Made by a program: the position numbers and the translations under genes. A model generated the notes under the pieces. The model did not search any database. It was not told where the DNA came from and worked only from the letters and a program-made list of their open reading frames with translations. From positions 8,184,001-8,248,000 of the forward strand of contig OZ024754.1 in NCBI GenBank assembly GCA_964016885.1: a stretch of 64,000 nt of DNA, given 5' to 3'. Shown here in pieces: positions 50,425 to 64,000 of the stretch. Numbering within the stretch: the stretch's first letter is position 1; each line of letters starts with the position of its first letter. Source of the stretch: Eledone cirrhosa. Its lineage: Eukaryota.

Positions 50425-52552
50425 AACGGAAAAATGAAACGAAATTTCATTTCTCACTCTTAGTACAGCGTTCCTTTGTCAGTGTTGAACAAATGAGCAA
50501 CGATGGTTGCTAGACACTACGGCTTAATACGGGATGTTTGTTTACAAACACACCGAGCATTATAATAAATGTTCGGTGAATCCATACGTACATATATATA
50601 TATATGTGTGCATGTATGTATATATATATGCATACTACTGCATGTATGTGTGCATGTATATATATATACATACTACTGTACGTCTGTATACATATATATA
50701 TATATATATATATTTATATTTATTTATTTATTTATTTATTCCAATCTCTTTCTTTGCTGTAATGATCTCTTAAGGCTTCAAATGCTATACTCCTATACGT
50801 AAGAAAGCAATTGATAAATTTGTGGAGATGAATCGTTTCGCAAGTGTATTGACGTACGAAAATCTTTATTAATCTATCAGTGAACCAAAATCCTTAAGAC
50901 CAACGATTGTAACAGAATACCTCATCCTAGATTTATAATACAAAAGAAATGGGAATGTGTAGCAGGAATACGTTTGCAGAAACACGCATGCCAATTTATC
51001 AATCCTTCTATCTATCGGTTTTGAATTAAAATGCACACATAAAACTGAACTTTTCTTGGCATCTGGTTAGTGTTAACCAGAGATTGAATTTCGTGCTTGT
51101 AAACATACCCTGGGAAATTTTAAAGTGGATTTCTTACATTGTATCATTGATGCCTCTAGGCAATGATCAGATCCATTAGCAAGATCAATAGCGTGGCGTC
51201 TCTTGAGAAAAGAAAAACAATAAGTTACAATAATTGGTGGTGCGCGTGATGAAGCGCCAGTGTTAAATTTAACACAATAAAAGAGAGAGAGAGAGAGAAA
51301 GAGAGGGGGTAGAGGGAGAGAGGGGGGGAGAGGGAGAGAGAGGGGGGAGAGGGAGAGAGAGATTTGGTATAGTTTAATATCCACTGTGTATAAAACTGTT
51401 AGAAATATTTAATAGGCATTACAACGACCTCACCCATCAACACAAGGATGACCTACACAGCGATGAGGTTTCTGTGTAGTTGTCCTATCTGCGATAACAT
51501 GTTGCCAAATGTTCTTTAAAACGTATCCTACCTTCATGAAAAAGGAATGTCTTTGATATCCTACCTGAAAGAATGACGAAATGACACCGACTGAAATTCC
51601 TTTGATCATACATCTGTTCGTTTAGAGTTTAATGTTGTACAACAACACCGTATTATTCCTCAATTAGCTTAAAATTTAAGGTGACCAGTTGGCAAAATTG
51701 TATTTGTTCTATCTCTCTACAGGATGCAATACAAAGGTCACCTTTGCATTGCATCCTTTCAAGATCAATAAGTAGTGTCAGTCAAGTAATGAGGTCACGC
51801 CTTTCTTCCATCTTTTCCTCAGTATCATTGCTGATACTATCTGCTGGTCACAACACCTGGCCGAAACACGCCTCTTTTCTTGGGGCAGAAGGTGAGATTT
51901 GAACTCGAAACGCACAGGGGCTGAAACAGATACCTCAAAGCATTCTGTCTAACTAATTCATTATCCTTTGGCTGGGGCCTTTTTATTGATTCAGGAACTA
52001 AGAAAGGTAAAATGACCTAAGGAGAATTGAACACAGAACACAGAGAACCGAGAACCAAATATATACCAGGAAACATTTGGTGGTCTACGAGAAATGTGGG
52101 TTTCGATTCCTCACAGGACTTTTTGTACATTTTTCCCCGTTTTTACCTAATTTATTAAATTATTGTTATAACAATGTGTTAAACTGGGGGATTTAAAATA
52201 ATGTTCTAACGACTCTGGGAAACATAAGAGAAGAATATATTAGTTTTGGCAGAAGATAATTTTTTTTTTTTTCTTCTAAGAAGGAAGAAAATTCTTCAAT
52301 ATTAACCCTCGCAAACTTACCAATTCTAAGTCTGAACACAGCAGATTAGTTCTAGAAAAGACAGTGAGAAGGTTGGGGGATGGAGAAAGACAAAGAGAAA
52401 GACATATATAGAAGAATCGTCCCCAATACTGGGCTGGTACTGATTGTTCAACCTTGAAAAGATGAAAGGACCCGACGTTACAACAACTGAGTCCGAAACT
52501 AACTGTTGAAACAGCAAGAGCTCAGCCGTCGGGTCCCGAATCTTTATAATAT

Positions 52553-52674
<122 letters not shown>

Positions 52675-53068
52675 ATGCGTGTGTGTGTGTATGCGTGGAA
52701 GGATGTGAGTGCGTATGTGAGAGTGCGTATCTGCGTGCACGTGCGCATTCTTAAATGTATATATTTATATAAGTAGATATCTATGCATTTATACATATAT
52801 GGGGTACAGCACCTCTCTCTCCCTCCTGATAGATAGATAGACATGTATATCAACACTTAAATATATATACATACACACACACACACACACACACATACAT
52901 ACACACACACACAGTGCGCATTCTTAAATGTATATATAAGTATATATCTATGCATGCATTCATATTTCCAAGAGATGTCACCATGAATGGACCCGTTATC
53001 TTTATCTAAAGACATTTTTTCCAATTCCACCCCGCCCGTCCCTTCAATCTATCTTATTTCTTAGTCTT

Positions 53069-53104
53069 TCTTCTGATGAAGGACTAGCGTCCGAAACGTT
53101 ACGA
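53069..53104 (+). ncRNA. Minimal type-I hammerhead ribozyme
   Basis: TCTT-CTGATGA-A-GGAC-TAGC-GTCC-GAAA-CG-TT-ACGA; paralog at 63028 has the stem I partner AAGA. Confidence 0.75.
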
Positions 53105-53271
53105 CCCTCTTCCTGTTATTTCAAGCGTTAACCTAATATATTCCTTCCATATACTGTACCGATTGTGTTGTTATTTCAGATTACCTTTTACATATATCTA
53201 TCTATCGATCTATCTATATTACAATGGTTTAATTAAAACTATTGTTTAATTAGGTATATTCTGTCATTTCT

Positions 53272-53319
53272 GTTTACCTTTTACATATATATATATATAT
53301 ACATTTTACATATACCTTT

Positions 53320-53366
<47 letters not shown>

Positions 53367-53810
53367 TTTACATATACCTTTTTACACATATATATATATA
53401 TACATTTTACATATACCTTTTACATATATATATATATATACATTTTACATATACCTTTTACATATATATATATATACATTTTACATATACCTTTTACATA
53501 TATATATATATACATATACATTTTACATATACCTTTTACATATATATATATATATACATTTTACATATACCTTTTACATATATATATATATATATACATT
53601 TTACATATACCTTTTACATATATATATATACATTTTACATATACCTTTTACATATATATATATATATACATTTTACATATACCTTTTACATATATATATA
53701 TATACATTTTACATATACCTTTTTACATATATATATATACATTTTACATATACCTTTTACATATATATATATATATACATTTTACATATACCTTTTTACA
53801 TATATATATA
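53272..53810. repeat. Minisatellite [CATTTTACATATACCTTTTACA(TA)n] x ~14
   Basis: Unit contains TACCTTTTACAT, the 3' end of the 53069/63028 hammerhead element. Confidence 0.9.
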
Positions 53811-54329
53811 TTCTATTTGATAGTTTGTATAATTTTGTATAATTTTGTACATAGATCTTTTGAATATGCATGCCAATTCTAACACATATATGTCCTAGAA
53901 ACGATCGTTAAATAATGAACTTTTTTTGTTTAATATAAGGAACTGTTTCATTGTTTTATTCATTATTTTTTTAATATTTTATATATATATATATATACAT
54001 TTTACATATACCTTTTACATATATATATATATATACATAAATAGACATGTATAATCACTCATGCATACACACACACATGCATACACACACATGCATACAA
54101 ATACATGCATGCATGTGTGAGTGTATAATGTAATATACGTAGTCGCTTCAGTTTGTTGTATTGAGCAATGTGTGATGCAGAAGCCTATCAATTGAGTTGT
54201 CATCTCAGGAATAATATTCTATTAATATTCCTCTTTTCTTTCTATGACGTTCAGAAATATGGAGTGGCTTTCTCTTTTTATGGCCTTATATATCAAACTC
54301 TCCGCCTTCGTATCTCAATAGACCTCTGA

Positions 54330-54376
<47 letters not shown>

Positions 54377-54447
54377 ATTGTGTGTGTGAATATATGCGTG
54401 TGTATGTATGAGTGTGTGTGTGAGAGTGTGGCTAGATAGATAAATGT

Positions 54448-54531
<84 letters not shown>

Positions 54532-54746
54532 TGTGTGGATAGCTAGGTAAATATATTGATAGGTAAATAGATAGATAGATAGGTAAATAGATAGATAGGT
54601 AGATAGGTAGATAGATAGGTAAATAGATAGATATATTGGTAAATTGGTAGACAGACAGACAGATGTGTTTTCTCTGCGCGTGTGTGTGTGTGTATATATG
54701 CGTGTATATATGCGTGTGTATGTGTGAGTGTGTGAGTGAGTGTTTG

Positions 54747-54812
<66 letters not shown>

Positions 54813-54813
<1 letters not shown>

Positions 54814-55185
54814 TTCTTTATTAGCCACAAGGGCGCAACAAGAAAGGGGACAATACAAAGACATGCCGGGGATTTTACATACAGTCGTGTAAAAAATATA
54901 AAAACAAACAATTTCAACAATCGAAATCCCCAATAGGGGGGAGGCGCCACAAATGGGTTGTTTAATACCCCGTCGATAGAACAACCCTCAACTCAAGGAG
55001 CGTGTTGTGCAAGTGCTCCTTTCTTCCTTTTGCTCTCTTCCTCAACCTACAGGCTTATAAACAGAGAAGGCCCAATCACTCGGGCCATTTTCGCTTCATT
55101 CACCCACCTTTCAGTAAATTTACTGGGGTGCAGTGCCTCTCTCTCCACTCTGATGCTCCTTCTAAAGTGATACTTAAAGAAGGGA

Positions 55186-55186
<1 letters not shown>
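54813..55186 (-). mobile_element. 5'-truncated, diverged Tx1 relative inserted in (GATA)n
   Basis: Encodes FFKYHFRRSIRVEREALHPSKFTERWVNEAKMARVIGPSLFISL*, homologous to the ORF2 C-terminus; same AATAAAGAAA end; (GATA)n on both sides. Confidence 0.88.
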
Positions 55187-55233
<47 letters not shown>

Positions 55234-55725
55234 GTAAATTGGTCGGTAGACAGACAGACAGATAGACAGATAGACAGAGAGACAGACAGATGTGTTTTCT
55301 CTGCGTGCGTGCGTGTTTATGGCGGAGAGTAGCTTTTCTCTCAAATATATATTTTATATTGGAAAAAAATAACTGCGCTCCAGTCTGGCCAGTTCTTTCT
55401 TCATACGTTCATATGTACGCTAAGAGTCCGATACGTTCACAACCTCATCATGAGAACGAGAATGGTCATAATATCGGTGTATTTATTTATCAGACATTGT
55501 TCAATACGTCATCATATTTCTGCCAGAACACTGTATATATTGGAAGTGAACATGCTCTAAATTTAACTGCCATTTTGAATTATGTTAGAAGTATTTGCCT
55601 TGACAAAATGTAGTTTGAAGTGGCAACACCTTCAGCTACAACTCCATAAAAGGAAAACCCTTTGAAATTATTCTGATGCATATCAGAATATATTTGCCCT
55701 CATAATTCTGTGTACGAAAAAATAT

Positions 55726-55975
55726 TGGTTTCTGATTTAAGCACCAGGGAAACAATTTTTTTTTTTTTTTTTTTTGTGGGGAAGTCGATTAAATCGACCC
55801 CAGTGCATTACAGGTAGTTTACTTTATCGACCTAGTAACGTTGAAAGGCAAAGCTAACCTCGGTGGTTAAATCGTAAAGAGCCGTAACTATGCCATAACT
55901 ATGCCATAACTATACCATAACTATGCGATAACACATGTTGCCCGACGCCCCGACGATACTGCCAAGCCATCGCCC
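55726..55975 (-). mobile_element. SINE family A long variant, degenerate, with an internal (AACTATGCCAT) expansion
   Basis: GGGAAGTCGATTAAATCGACCCCAG...GAAAGGCAAAG. Confidence 0.7.
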
Positions 55976-56340
55976 TATGTACGAAGATATATTTCTATAT
56001 AAACGCTAATTTCTATATCAACGCTAGAAATGTGGTACAGAATTTAGAAAATACTTGAATCATCAATCATAATTTGCATGACATGCATCCATTTATCGAT
56101 ACGATTAAAGAAAAGATAGTTATACTAGAACATATCGTATATTTGAAGACTTCAGGGTAAATTCGAAAGGATTTCTCCTCTGATGAGGGCGCAAAAACAT
56201 CTGAACGCTTGTAAAATGTTAAATGTTTATAAAATATTTGTTAAATATTACTATCTATGTATGTCTAGTCCCGTAACTAATGATAGAGACGTAGGGGCAT
56301 CGTATTGACATAGGGTGTTTCTTGGGCTTGGACGTTTTAA

Positions 56341-56569
56341 CCCTTTAGGATTTACATTACTCAATATTTACTATCGGATTTTTATGGCAAACACTTTATT
56401 TTATGTAATTATCTCACATAATATCAATCTTGTAGATTCTATACTATGCATTTTGAGAAAAATACCTTAAAATAAGTAAGAGCTGCTGGTTATGGCTGGT
56501 TTGAAGAGAAAGAGGTGAGAAAATTCTGGCCGGATATGGCCGGATATGGCCAGTTTAAAAGCTAAAGGG
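56341..56569. mobile_element. piggyBac-type MITE
   Basis: TTAA-CCCTTTAG...CTAAAGGG-TTAA; empty TTAA site in the paralogous segment at ~57716. Confidence 0.85.
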
Positions 56570-56634
56570 TTAAGCCTGGCGAAGCCCATCCCTCTCCAGG
56601 CCTGAGTACAACAGATTTCTTCCAGAGAAAGATA

Positions 56635-57619
56635 ACTTTCTTTTTATTTGTCACCAGGGCGTCAAAGAGTGGGACAAGTACAATGGGGGGAGTTTACAAA
56701 ATCCTCAATAGGGAGGAGGCGCCTTGGGGGGTCGCACACACCCCCGAAAAAAAGTGTGCAACCCTTCTCCTCAGGAGCACAGAGAGGGGTGCTCCCTTGA
56801 TCTTTCCTCTTCCTCACCTATCGTCTGATGTAGAGTGAAGGCCCATTCACACGGGCCATTCTCGCCACTTTCACCCACCTTTCATAAAAACGGCTGGGGT
56901 GGAGCACCTCTCTCTCCATCCTGATCCTTCTTCCGAAATGATATCGGAAGAAACGGACCAGTTGTTGGCCAGAGAGAAAGGTGTCTGACCTCAGTCCTTT
57001 CAGACGCATCCACCATACAACCTCTTTCGCCATGGCTATTACGCACAGAAACACCGCCTCTCCTTCGTTTTTGAAGAAGGGAAGCGGCTTGATCGTTACA
57101 ATAGACTCGGTGGTCAACCGGATGGGTCCCACCCGTGACAGCAGTCGTTCGACATAACCCCACAGATCGGCAATGCCCGAGCAGTGTACCAATGCATGTG
57201 CAACGGTTTCCTCGTCGCACCCGCATCTGGGACAGATCTTTTTCGAGGGGTCCCTACCCGGGCGCCCTTGTCTGTAGAGCCTTTCTCGAACGGGCAGAGC
57301 CCCTCGGTAGCACTGCCAGGCCAGGGACCTCTGGAAGTTATCCATATGTCCCGGGCTGAATGTCCTACCGAACAAGTTGGCCAGTTCGTTTTCCTCCATA
57401 CCTAGGGCTTCTCCGAGGGCGTCGTCGCACCTGCTAACCACCAGCCCTCTATAGAATGACAAGGTGGATTCTCCACTGACAGCCGGGTCCGCCTGCCAGG
57501 CGCCCAGTTTTTTCGGTCTTTGCTTGACCCAGGATTGCAGCTCGGTGAGCGAGACGAGTCTGGGAAAGGCTCGCCTCACAAACGGGGCCCACGCCGGTTG
57601 ACCGGTGAGGAATACCTGG
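56635..57619 (-). mobile_element. 5'-truncated Tx1 copy (ORF2 C-terminus and 3' UTR)
   Basis: ORF 56818-57579 closely matches the ORF2 C-terminus, including CPRC..H..C; 36-nt in-frame deletion relative to ORF2. Confidence 0.92.
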
Positions 57620-57819
57620 AGAGTGAGAAAGAAAATATAAGTATGTATGTGTTGTCAGGTAATTCCTGATAGAGTCATAGCGGCACCGCATAGACATATT
57701 CGTTTCTTGGGTATTTTAAACCTGGCACAGCCCATCCCATCTAGGCCTGAGTACAGCAGATTTCTTCCAGAGAAAGATAGAAAGTGAGAGAGAGGAAACG
57801 AGAAAGAGATATAGAGGAA

Positions 57820-57985
57820 GAATCGACCCCATTGCTAGACTGGTACTTTTTTTATCGACCCCAGTACTAGACTGGTACTTTTTTTATCGACCCTGAAAGG
57901 ATGAAAGGCAAAGTTAACCTCGGCGGAATGAATACCATAAAGCATTCTATCCGACGTTCTAACAACTCTGCCAATTCGCTGCCTA
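57820..57985 (-). mobile_element. Old SINE family A-related copy
   Basis: CTGGTACTTTTTTTATCGACCC (duplicated)...GGATGAAAGGCAAAGTTAACCTCGGCGG. Confidence 0.7.
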
Positions 57986-58749
57986 TAAATATTTCCAAAA
58001 TGTTAGTAATATTTTAGTTAAATATTTTATTATATTTGCTAAATAATTGTGAATTATGAGATATGTGTGTAACTAGCTTGTAAAATATATATAAAGCGTA
58101 AAGTGTGAAATTAAAATATTTGTACAATAAAAAGAATATCTATGAAACGTAAAAATATATTTAAATATTTAAAAACCGGCTGTAAAATATGTTTAAATAT
58201 TCTTAAATATTTATGAATATTTGTAAAATATATAAGCGTAAATTTCCATATATCGCAAAAAAAAAATGATCTTGTTTCATCTAGGTGAAGTAAAATGGCG
58301 CATCTTAACCGCTATAGGATGCGATGACATAGCGTACTGGGTATCTGAGTATGTGGGAGAGAGGAGGAATTATGTATCTACGTGGTGGTCGTGCAGCTCT
58401 TCGTGTGATAGCTCTTCGTGTGGTGGCTCTTGGCGTGCATCTACGTGGCGTGTGGTGTGATGGCTTATAGGATTATATAGTTGCAGCGTAAACAGGAAGA
58501 GGAGAAGGGAGGAAGAAATCAAAAAGAAGAGGAAGAAAAAGGGGGTGGTGGTGGTGGAGAAAAATGAAAACGAGAGTAAATACTTGAGAAGAAAGAGTGG
58601 TGAATGCCTGAATCTGTAGATATATATTATTCTCTTTAGTAACATAACAAGGTTCTTATATAAAATCACAGTAGAAGGCTTGGGGGCGGATAGATATGGG
58701 GAAATGAAGCGAATGTGGCGTCCAAATGTTTGTCCTCCACCTCTAACTA

Positions 58750-59150
58750 ATTTACCCTCCGCCCCTGGGTCTTGCTGGCCGACATGATGGACAATATATT
58801 GACCGGGAGGACAGTGAGGGAGACGTACTGGAACAACCACTCCAAATCGTGGGGCTTGCACCTACGGGCGGCGAACTCAGCTCCGATAGCAGTGAACAGA
58901 GATGTGGTCTGGGGTCCAAGAACGTCGGAAGTCTCCACTGCTACAGGCTCTACCACAAACCTATCATAGAGCGGCTGATATGACTTGATGGGCAGCAGAG
59001 CCCTGGGTTGGTAGTGTAACGCACCAGGCTGTTCCTTGTGTAGGTGTCACAGCATGTGGCATCCCAGATGAGGGGGCCTACTTCTGCGGAACGGGAAGAT
59101 TGTGGTGTCGACTGGCCTTTTGCCGTCCCCTAAGTCCAGCCCTCTCTGTG
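58750..59150 (-). pseudogene. Relic of the restriction-like endonuclease (REL) domain of a CRE-like non-LTR retrotransposon
   Basis: Minus-strand translation GDGKRPVDTTIFPFRRSRPLIWDATCCDTY, then VEPVAVETSDVLGP...WLFQYVSL; resembles the recalled CRE-clade pattern DGKRPDG..LVWDATC.DT / P.AVET.G..GP / QRLSLA. Confidence 0.7.
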
Positions 59151-59666
59151 TTTACGTCTGCGTATTTACTTCTGCGTATGAACGGTTTGTCAAGATCGAC
59201 AAAATATATACAAGACTTTTAAAAGTGTGCTGGGGTAGATATGATCGATTAAAATCTCTTGAAATCAGTGTTCCAGCATAGCCGCAGGTCCAATGACTGA
59301 CGCCAGTAAAAGCATTAAAAAATATATAACGGAATATTAGGTAATAAAAACCATTACACTATTGTTTGATCTGTAATAAAGATGTAGAAAGTTAGAGAAA
59401 ATTTCCCTGGGGCGTACGACTTAGATTTTTATTTCTACTCGGAGTATCATGATGAATTGCGGACATTTCAGATGTATATCTCTGAAGTAAGTCTTATTCT
59501 CTACGGAAATAAAGCAATGGTGTTTAATCAGAAACTAATTACTCTGAAGAAGAAAAGAAAACAAAGGAAAAGAAAGAAATAGTAGATAAAAACAATGAAT
59601 ATCAAAGTGGGAGTAATGAGAGAAAACAAGATAGAAATGTTAGATAAATTTTTTTTATTATTATTT

Positions 59667-59856
59667 GGATTAACAGTATCGGTGGAGGGTCGGACGCCAT
59701 GCTTTCTTGCATAGAGTTACGGCCCTTGCCATTTTGAGTTCGAATCCTGCCGACGTTAACTTTGCCTTTCATCCTTACGAGGTCGATAAAATAAAGTACT
59801 AGTAATGTACTGGGTAATTGCTGGCCTTGTGCCTAAAGTAGAAACAATTATTATTA

Positions 59857-59890
<34 letters not shown>

Positions 59891-60733
59891 TACTACTGAG
59901 GGCGTGGATTGGCAGAATCGGGAGAGCGCCAGACACCATGCTTTGTAGCATAGAGTTAAGGTTATTTATGATCTGCGTTGAAATCCCGCCGAGGTTAACT
60001 TTTCCTTTCATCCTTACGGGATCGATAAAATAAAGTACCAGTCACACACTGGAGTCGATTTAATCGACTTTCCCTTCCCCCAAAATTGTTGGCCTTGTGC
60101 CTATATATAAGAAACCAATATTATTGCAGTATCGCGAGAGCGTCAGGCATCATGCTTTGCAGCATAGAGTTATGACCCTTTACGTTCTGAGTTCAAATCC
60201 CGCCGAGGTTAACTTTGCCTTTCATCCTTACGGGGTCGATAAAATAAAGTACCAGTAATACACTGGGATAATTGCTGGCCTTGTGCCAAAAGTAGAAACA
60301 AGTAATATTATTGTTACTAATATTATTATCATTATCAGAGCGGTGGCTTAGCAGTATCGGTAGAGCGTTGGACCTGCTTTGTGGTATATAGCTTCGTCCC
60401 TTTACGTTCTGATTTCTAATCCCACCGATAATAACTTTACCTTTCATCTTTACGGGGTCGAATATATATATATATATATATACACACTGGATCTCCCCTG
60501 CATTGTGTACCCCCTCAGTCTCTCTCTCTCTAATATGTATATATATATATATGTATGTATGTATGTATGTAGGGATGTATGTATGTGTGTGTGTACACAA
60601 CGGCTCATTCATAAAGAAATGCACATTATAAAAGTTAACTTTGCCTTTCACCCTTATGGGGTCGATAAAATAAAGCACCAGTAATACACCCCCGCCAAAA
60701 AAAAAATTGCCGGCCTGTGCCTAAATCAGAAAG
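59667..60733 (+). mobile_element. Head-to-tail cluster of five SINE family A copies
   Basis: Copies at ~59667-59848, 59899-60118, 60126-60300, 60339-60462 and 60633-60733, mostly separated by (TTA)n-type tails. Confidence 0.88.
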
Positions 60734-61881
60734 CATTATGTAAAAACAATTATTATTATTATTATTATTATTATTGTTGTTGTATTTTAAAATAGTTGGT
60801 GGTCTTTCGTCCGTCTCTACTATTTCTTTGATGATTATTTCTAAACGAAACATCATTAAAAATAAACGTGAATCTAAAACAACTAAATAGTAGAGAAATG
60901 GGAATTTAATTGTTGCGATTAATTCCTGCCTGTTTCAAGGAAAAGAAGAAATTAATTTACAAAGAATGTCTTTTTTTCTTTCTACCACTCGTAAATAAAC
61001 AAAATGGCTACTGAGTTTAAAATCTCTTGAACAATATGTTTGAACGAAAACCCGTTTTTATAAACATGAGAAAGAAAAAATTTAAAACCAAATACTTCAA
61101 CCGAACACATTTATTTTACAAGAAGAAAATAATTTATTTTACTTTTTTTACTTAAAATAACATTATTTTAACCATTTAAACGACTCAAAATTATCTATAC
61201 TACCACTTAATATACTACAACGCTCTAAACGCTTTCTCCATTCTTTCCGCCGGGACTGAGGGGAGGCCAGCACGTGGGACCCCATTTGCTCACCATACAG
61301 AGAAATGGAGGCGATGACAGTGGGAGTTCGGCTCTTCCAAGTTCGGACCACTTTCGGACCACTTCCCTGTGGTTGTGTCATTATCTATGGGATAGCTCGT
61401 ATGTCTATCATAGATAGACATGTGGTCTATTGTTTTCCATGTGGTCTATTGTTCTAACATCTATCACCATGTTATGATCTCAACTCTCTAAATGTAACTT
61501 GGCCGGGTGGATAAAAAGTTCCCTTCGCACTCATTAGGTCTTTGGTTAGATCTCACAGCGTGGAATCTTGGGCAAGTGCCATTTACCATACATTCGAGTA
61601 TAATCTTATAGCCTAATGAGTGAAATTGAAGAGAGAGAAACTATTTTGAAGCACATCGGATTCACTGTATCGGCAATTCAAAGGGTCGTTCTTGTCAAAA
61701 ATGTGTAACGCTGAATCTCATTAAGAATTAGGTTAAGGGTACACGTGTCTGGAATGCTCAGCCATTTCCACGGTAATTTCATGAGCAGACTTAGCCTTTG
61801 ATCAAACAATTGGAACACTCATCGAAATCAACAGAGGTCCACTCTGTCTTCTATCTAATACAACACAATATATACTATATA

Positions 61882-62255
61882 CAAACCTGTCAACCTCTAA
61901 AACCCAAACGAGGAGTACCTTGAAAAAGTGTTGCCCCAAAACGGGGAGAAATGAGGCAAAATGGGGAGATTTTACATAATGAAAGCTATATCCATTTTCA
62001 CAAGAGAAGACATCTCTTACTCACCTCAAAGTGGATGGGAGATCTCCTCGTCGGAAGAAACAAAACATTCTCTTAAAATGTCAATATAAAGAAATTTTCA
62101 GGCATCTTTATATAAAACATATTAAAAGAATAAACAAGAAATGGCCACATGGTCGAAAGATTGCAATTACACATTTTCACGGTTCGTTACAATCAGTAGC
62201 GTTCCTCAGTTCTAATTTATCTCGAAACATGTGGGTGCGAGAATTGACAGGTCTA
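61882..62255. mobile_element. Longer member of the 15087 MITE family
   Basis: CAAACCTGTCAAC...ATTGACAGGTCTA; shared GGGGAGAAATGAGGCAAAATGGGGAGATTTTACATAATGAAAGCTATA. Confidence 0.65.
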
Positions 62256-62522
62256 TATATATATATATATAAGAAGTTGACGGGTCCAGTGTATTTAACA
62301 ACGCCACCGGTTGCATTTCAGCGTACTCAATAGATAATGTAGAATACATTCCAGAGTATACACACAGTTATTTGCTTCAACACAACATACGTAAACGGGT
62401 GTCTAACGAGTTTCGGCCACACTTAATGCAGCAATGGGGTGCACTGAACCCTCTGCCTGCATATGTTATGCAACAATGCATAATCGGCGCATGTGAGTTC
62501 ATCAGCGGGTATCGCCTAATCA

Positions 62523-62563
<41 letters not shown>

Positions 62564-63027
62564 CAACCGACATCTACATTCAGTAATTACATTGGAAACA
62601 TGAGAGAGAACATAACAATAATAATAATAATAACAATAATAATAATAATAATAATAATAATGGTAATAATAATTTTCATGGAAACTTTCATATAGCAAGT
62701 TGCCATGTTATGGCTGCCATATTGTGACAGATGGTAGACATTTGGGTCAGATAAATAAAAGTAAGTACAGTTATAAGTGAGGAGAAGAATGAAGCAGGGT
62801 TAACAGAATCGTTAAATCGCCAAAATAGATGTTTTATAGTATTTGTTCCAGCTGTTAAGGTTTTGGTGTTCAAATCCGGCCGAGGTGAACTTTGCTATTC
62901 ATTCGTAGGAAGTAGATAAGTCAATAAAAATATATATTATTAGTCAAGTAGTGGGCTGGTTTTATAAAAGAAGGAAAGAAATGTTAGACAAGAACACAAC
63001 CGTGATTTTAACATGGTATATATATAT

Positions 63028-63146
63028 TCTTCTGATGAAGGACTAGCGTCAAAAACGTTAAGACCCTCTTCCAGTTATATCAAGCGTTAACCTAATATAA
63101 CCCTTCCATGTACCGATTGTGTTGTTATTTCTGTTTACCTTTTACA
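63028..63146 (+). ncRNA. Hammerhead element, paralog of 53069 (GAAA mutated)
   Basis: TCTT-CTGATGA-AGGACTAGCGTC-AAAAACGTT-AAGA; downstream ~80 bp homologous, ending TTACCTTTTACAT. Confidence 0.6.
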
Positions 63147-63255
63147 TGTATGTATGATTGTATGTATGTATGTATAGAGAGATTATATATATATAGAGAG
63201 AGAAAGAGAGAGAAAGACTAAACTATATAAATACACATATATGCATATATAAACG

Positions 63256-63329
<74 letters not shown>

Positions 63330-63412
63330 TATTGCCATGTGTGTAGGCGTGCGTGTAGATTTCCACATAGATAGTCAGATAGATGCATGTTACATTAGAC
63401 TTGATATAGTGT

Positions 63413-63460
<48 letters not shown>

Positions 63461-63622
63461 CATATATATTAGCTTATCATCAGCCGTTCGGCTTAACTAT
63501 TCACGGTTCTATTTTCGACTCCAGTTATCTTTCTAGAGTAATATACTCTCATATATTTGTTGAGTTCAACTATGTACCTACGTAAAATACATCATTCACA
63601 AAAATGGTAAGATACTACAATG

Positions 63623-64000
<378 letters not shown>

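Noticed and set aside
56180-56218. CTGATGA-GGGCG...CGCTT hammerhead-like start
   Set aside because: GAAA is replaced by GTAA, and there is no stem I or stem III
56575-56634. 60-bp target-site duplication of the Tx1 fragment (with 57721-57780)
   Set aside because: The second copy is ~100 bp from the junction, is diverged, and homology extends further; it is an older local duplication
63470-63486. Minus-strand CTGATGA next to (TA)n
   Set aside because: Truncated by the TA tract with no GAAA half; cannot be called

Overview
Eukaryotic, AT-rich, extremely microsatellite-dense DNA. The SINE families resemble those I recognise from octopus, so a cephalopod origin is inferred, not proven. I cannot support any host gene; nearly all ORF-track entries are translations of simple repeats. 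The one intact coding unit is a full-length Tx1-clade (L1 group) non-LTR retrotransposon on the minus strand (~7703-13500): ORF1 with a CCHC knuckle, ORF2 with APE endonuclease, RT and a C-terminal Zn finger. It sits inside (GATA)n, and two diverged 5'-truncated relatives are also at GATA sites. Other elements: about 20 tRNA-derived SINEs, two non-autonomous Helitrons, TA-, TTAA- and CAG-ended MITEs, a CRE-like REL-endonuclease relic and an RTE-like relic. The most striking pattern is many unrelated short elements embedded in (TA)n tracts that share one architecture: long inverted repeats, a type-I hammerhead ribozyme motif (CUGANGA...GAAA, palindromic stem III, NUH) and usually an AATAAA just downstream. 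They are best explained as Penelope-like pseudo-LTR or retrozyme-type non-autonomous elements.
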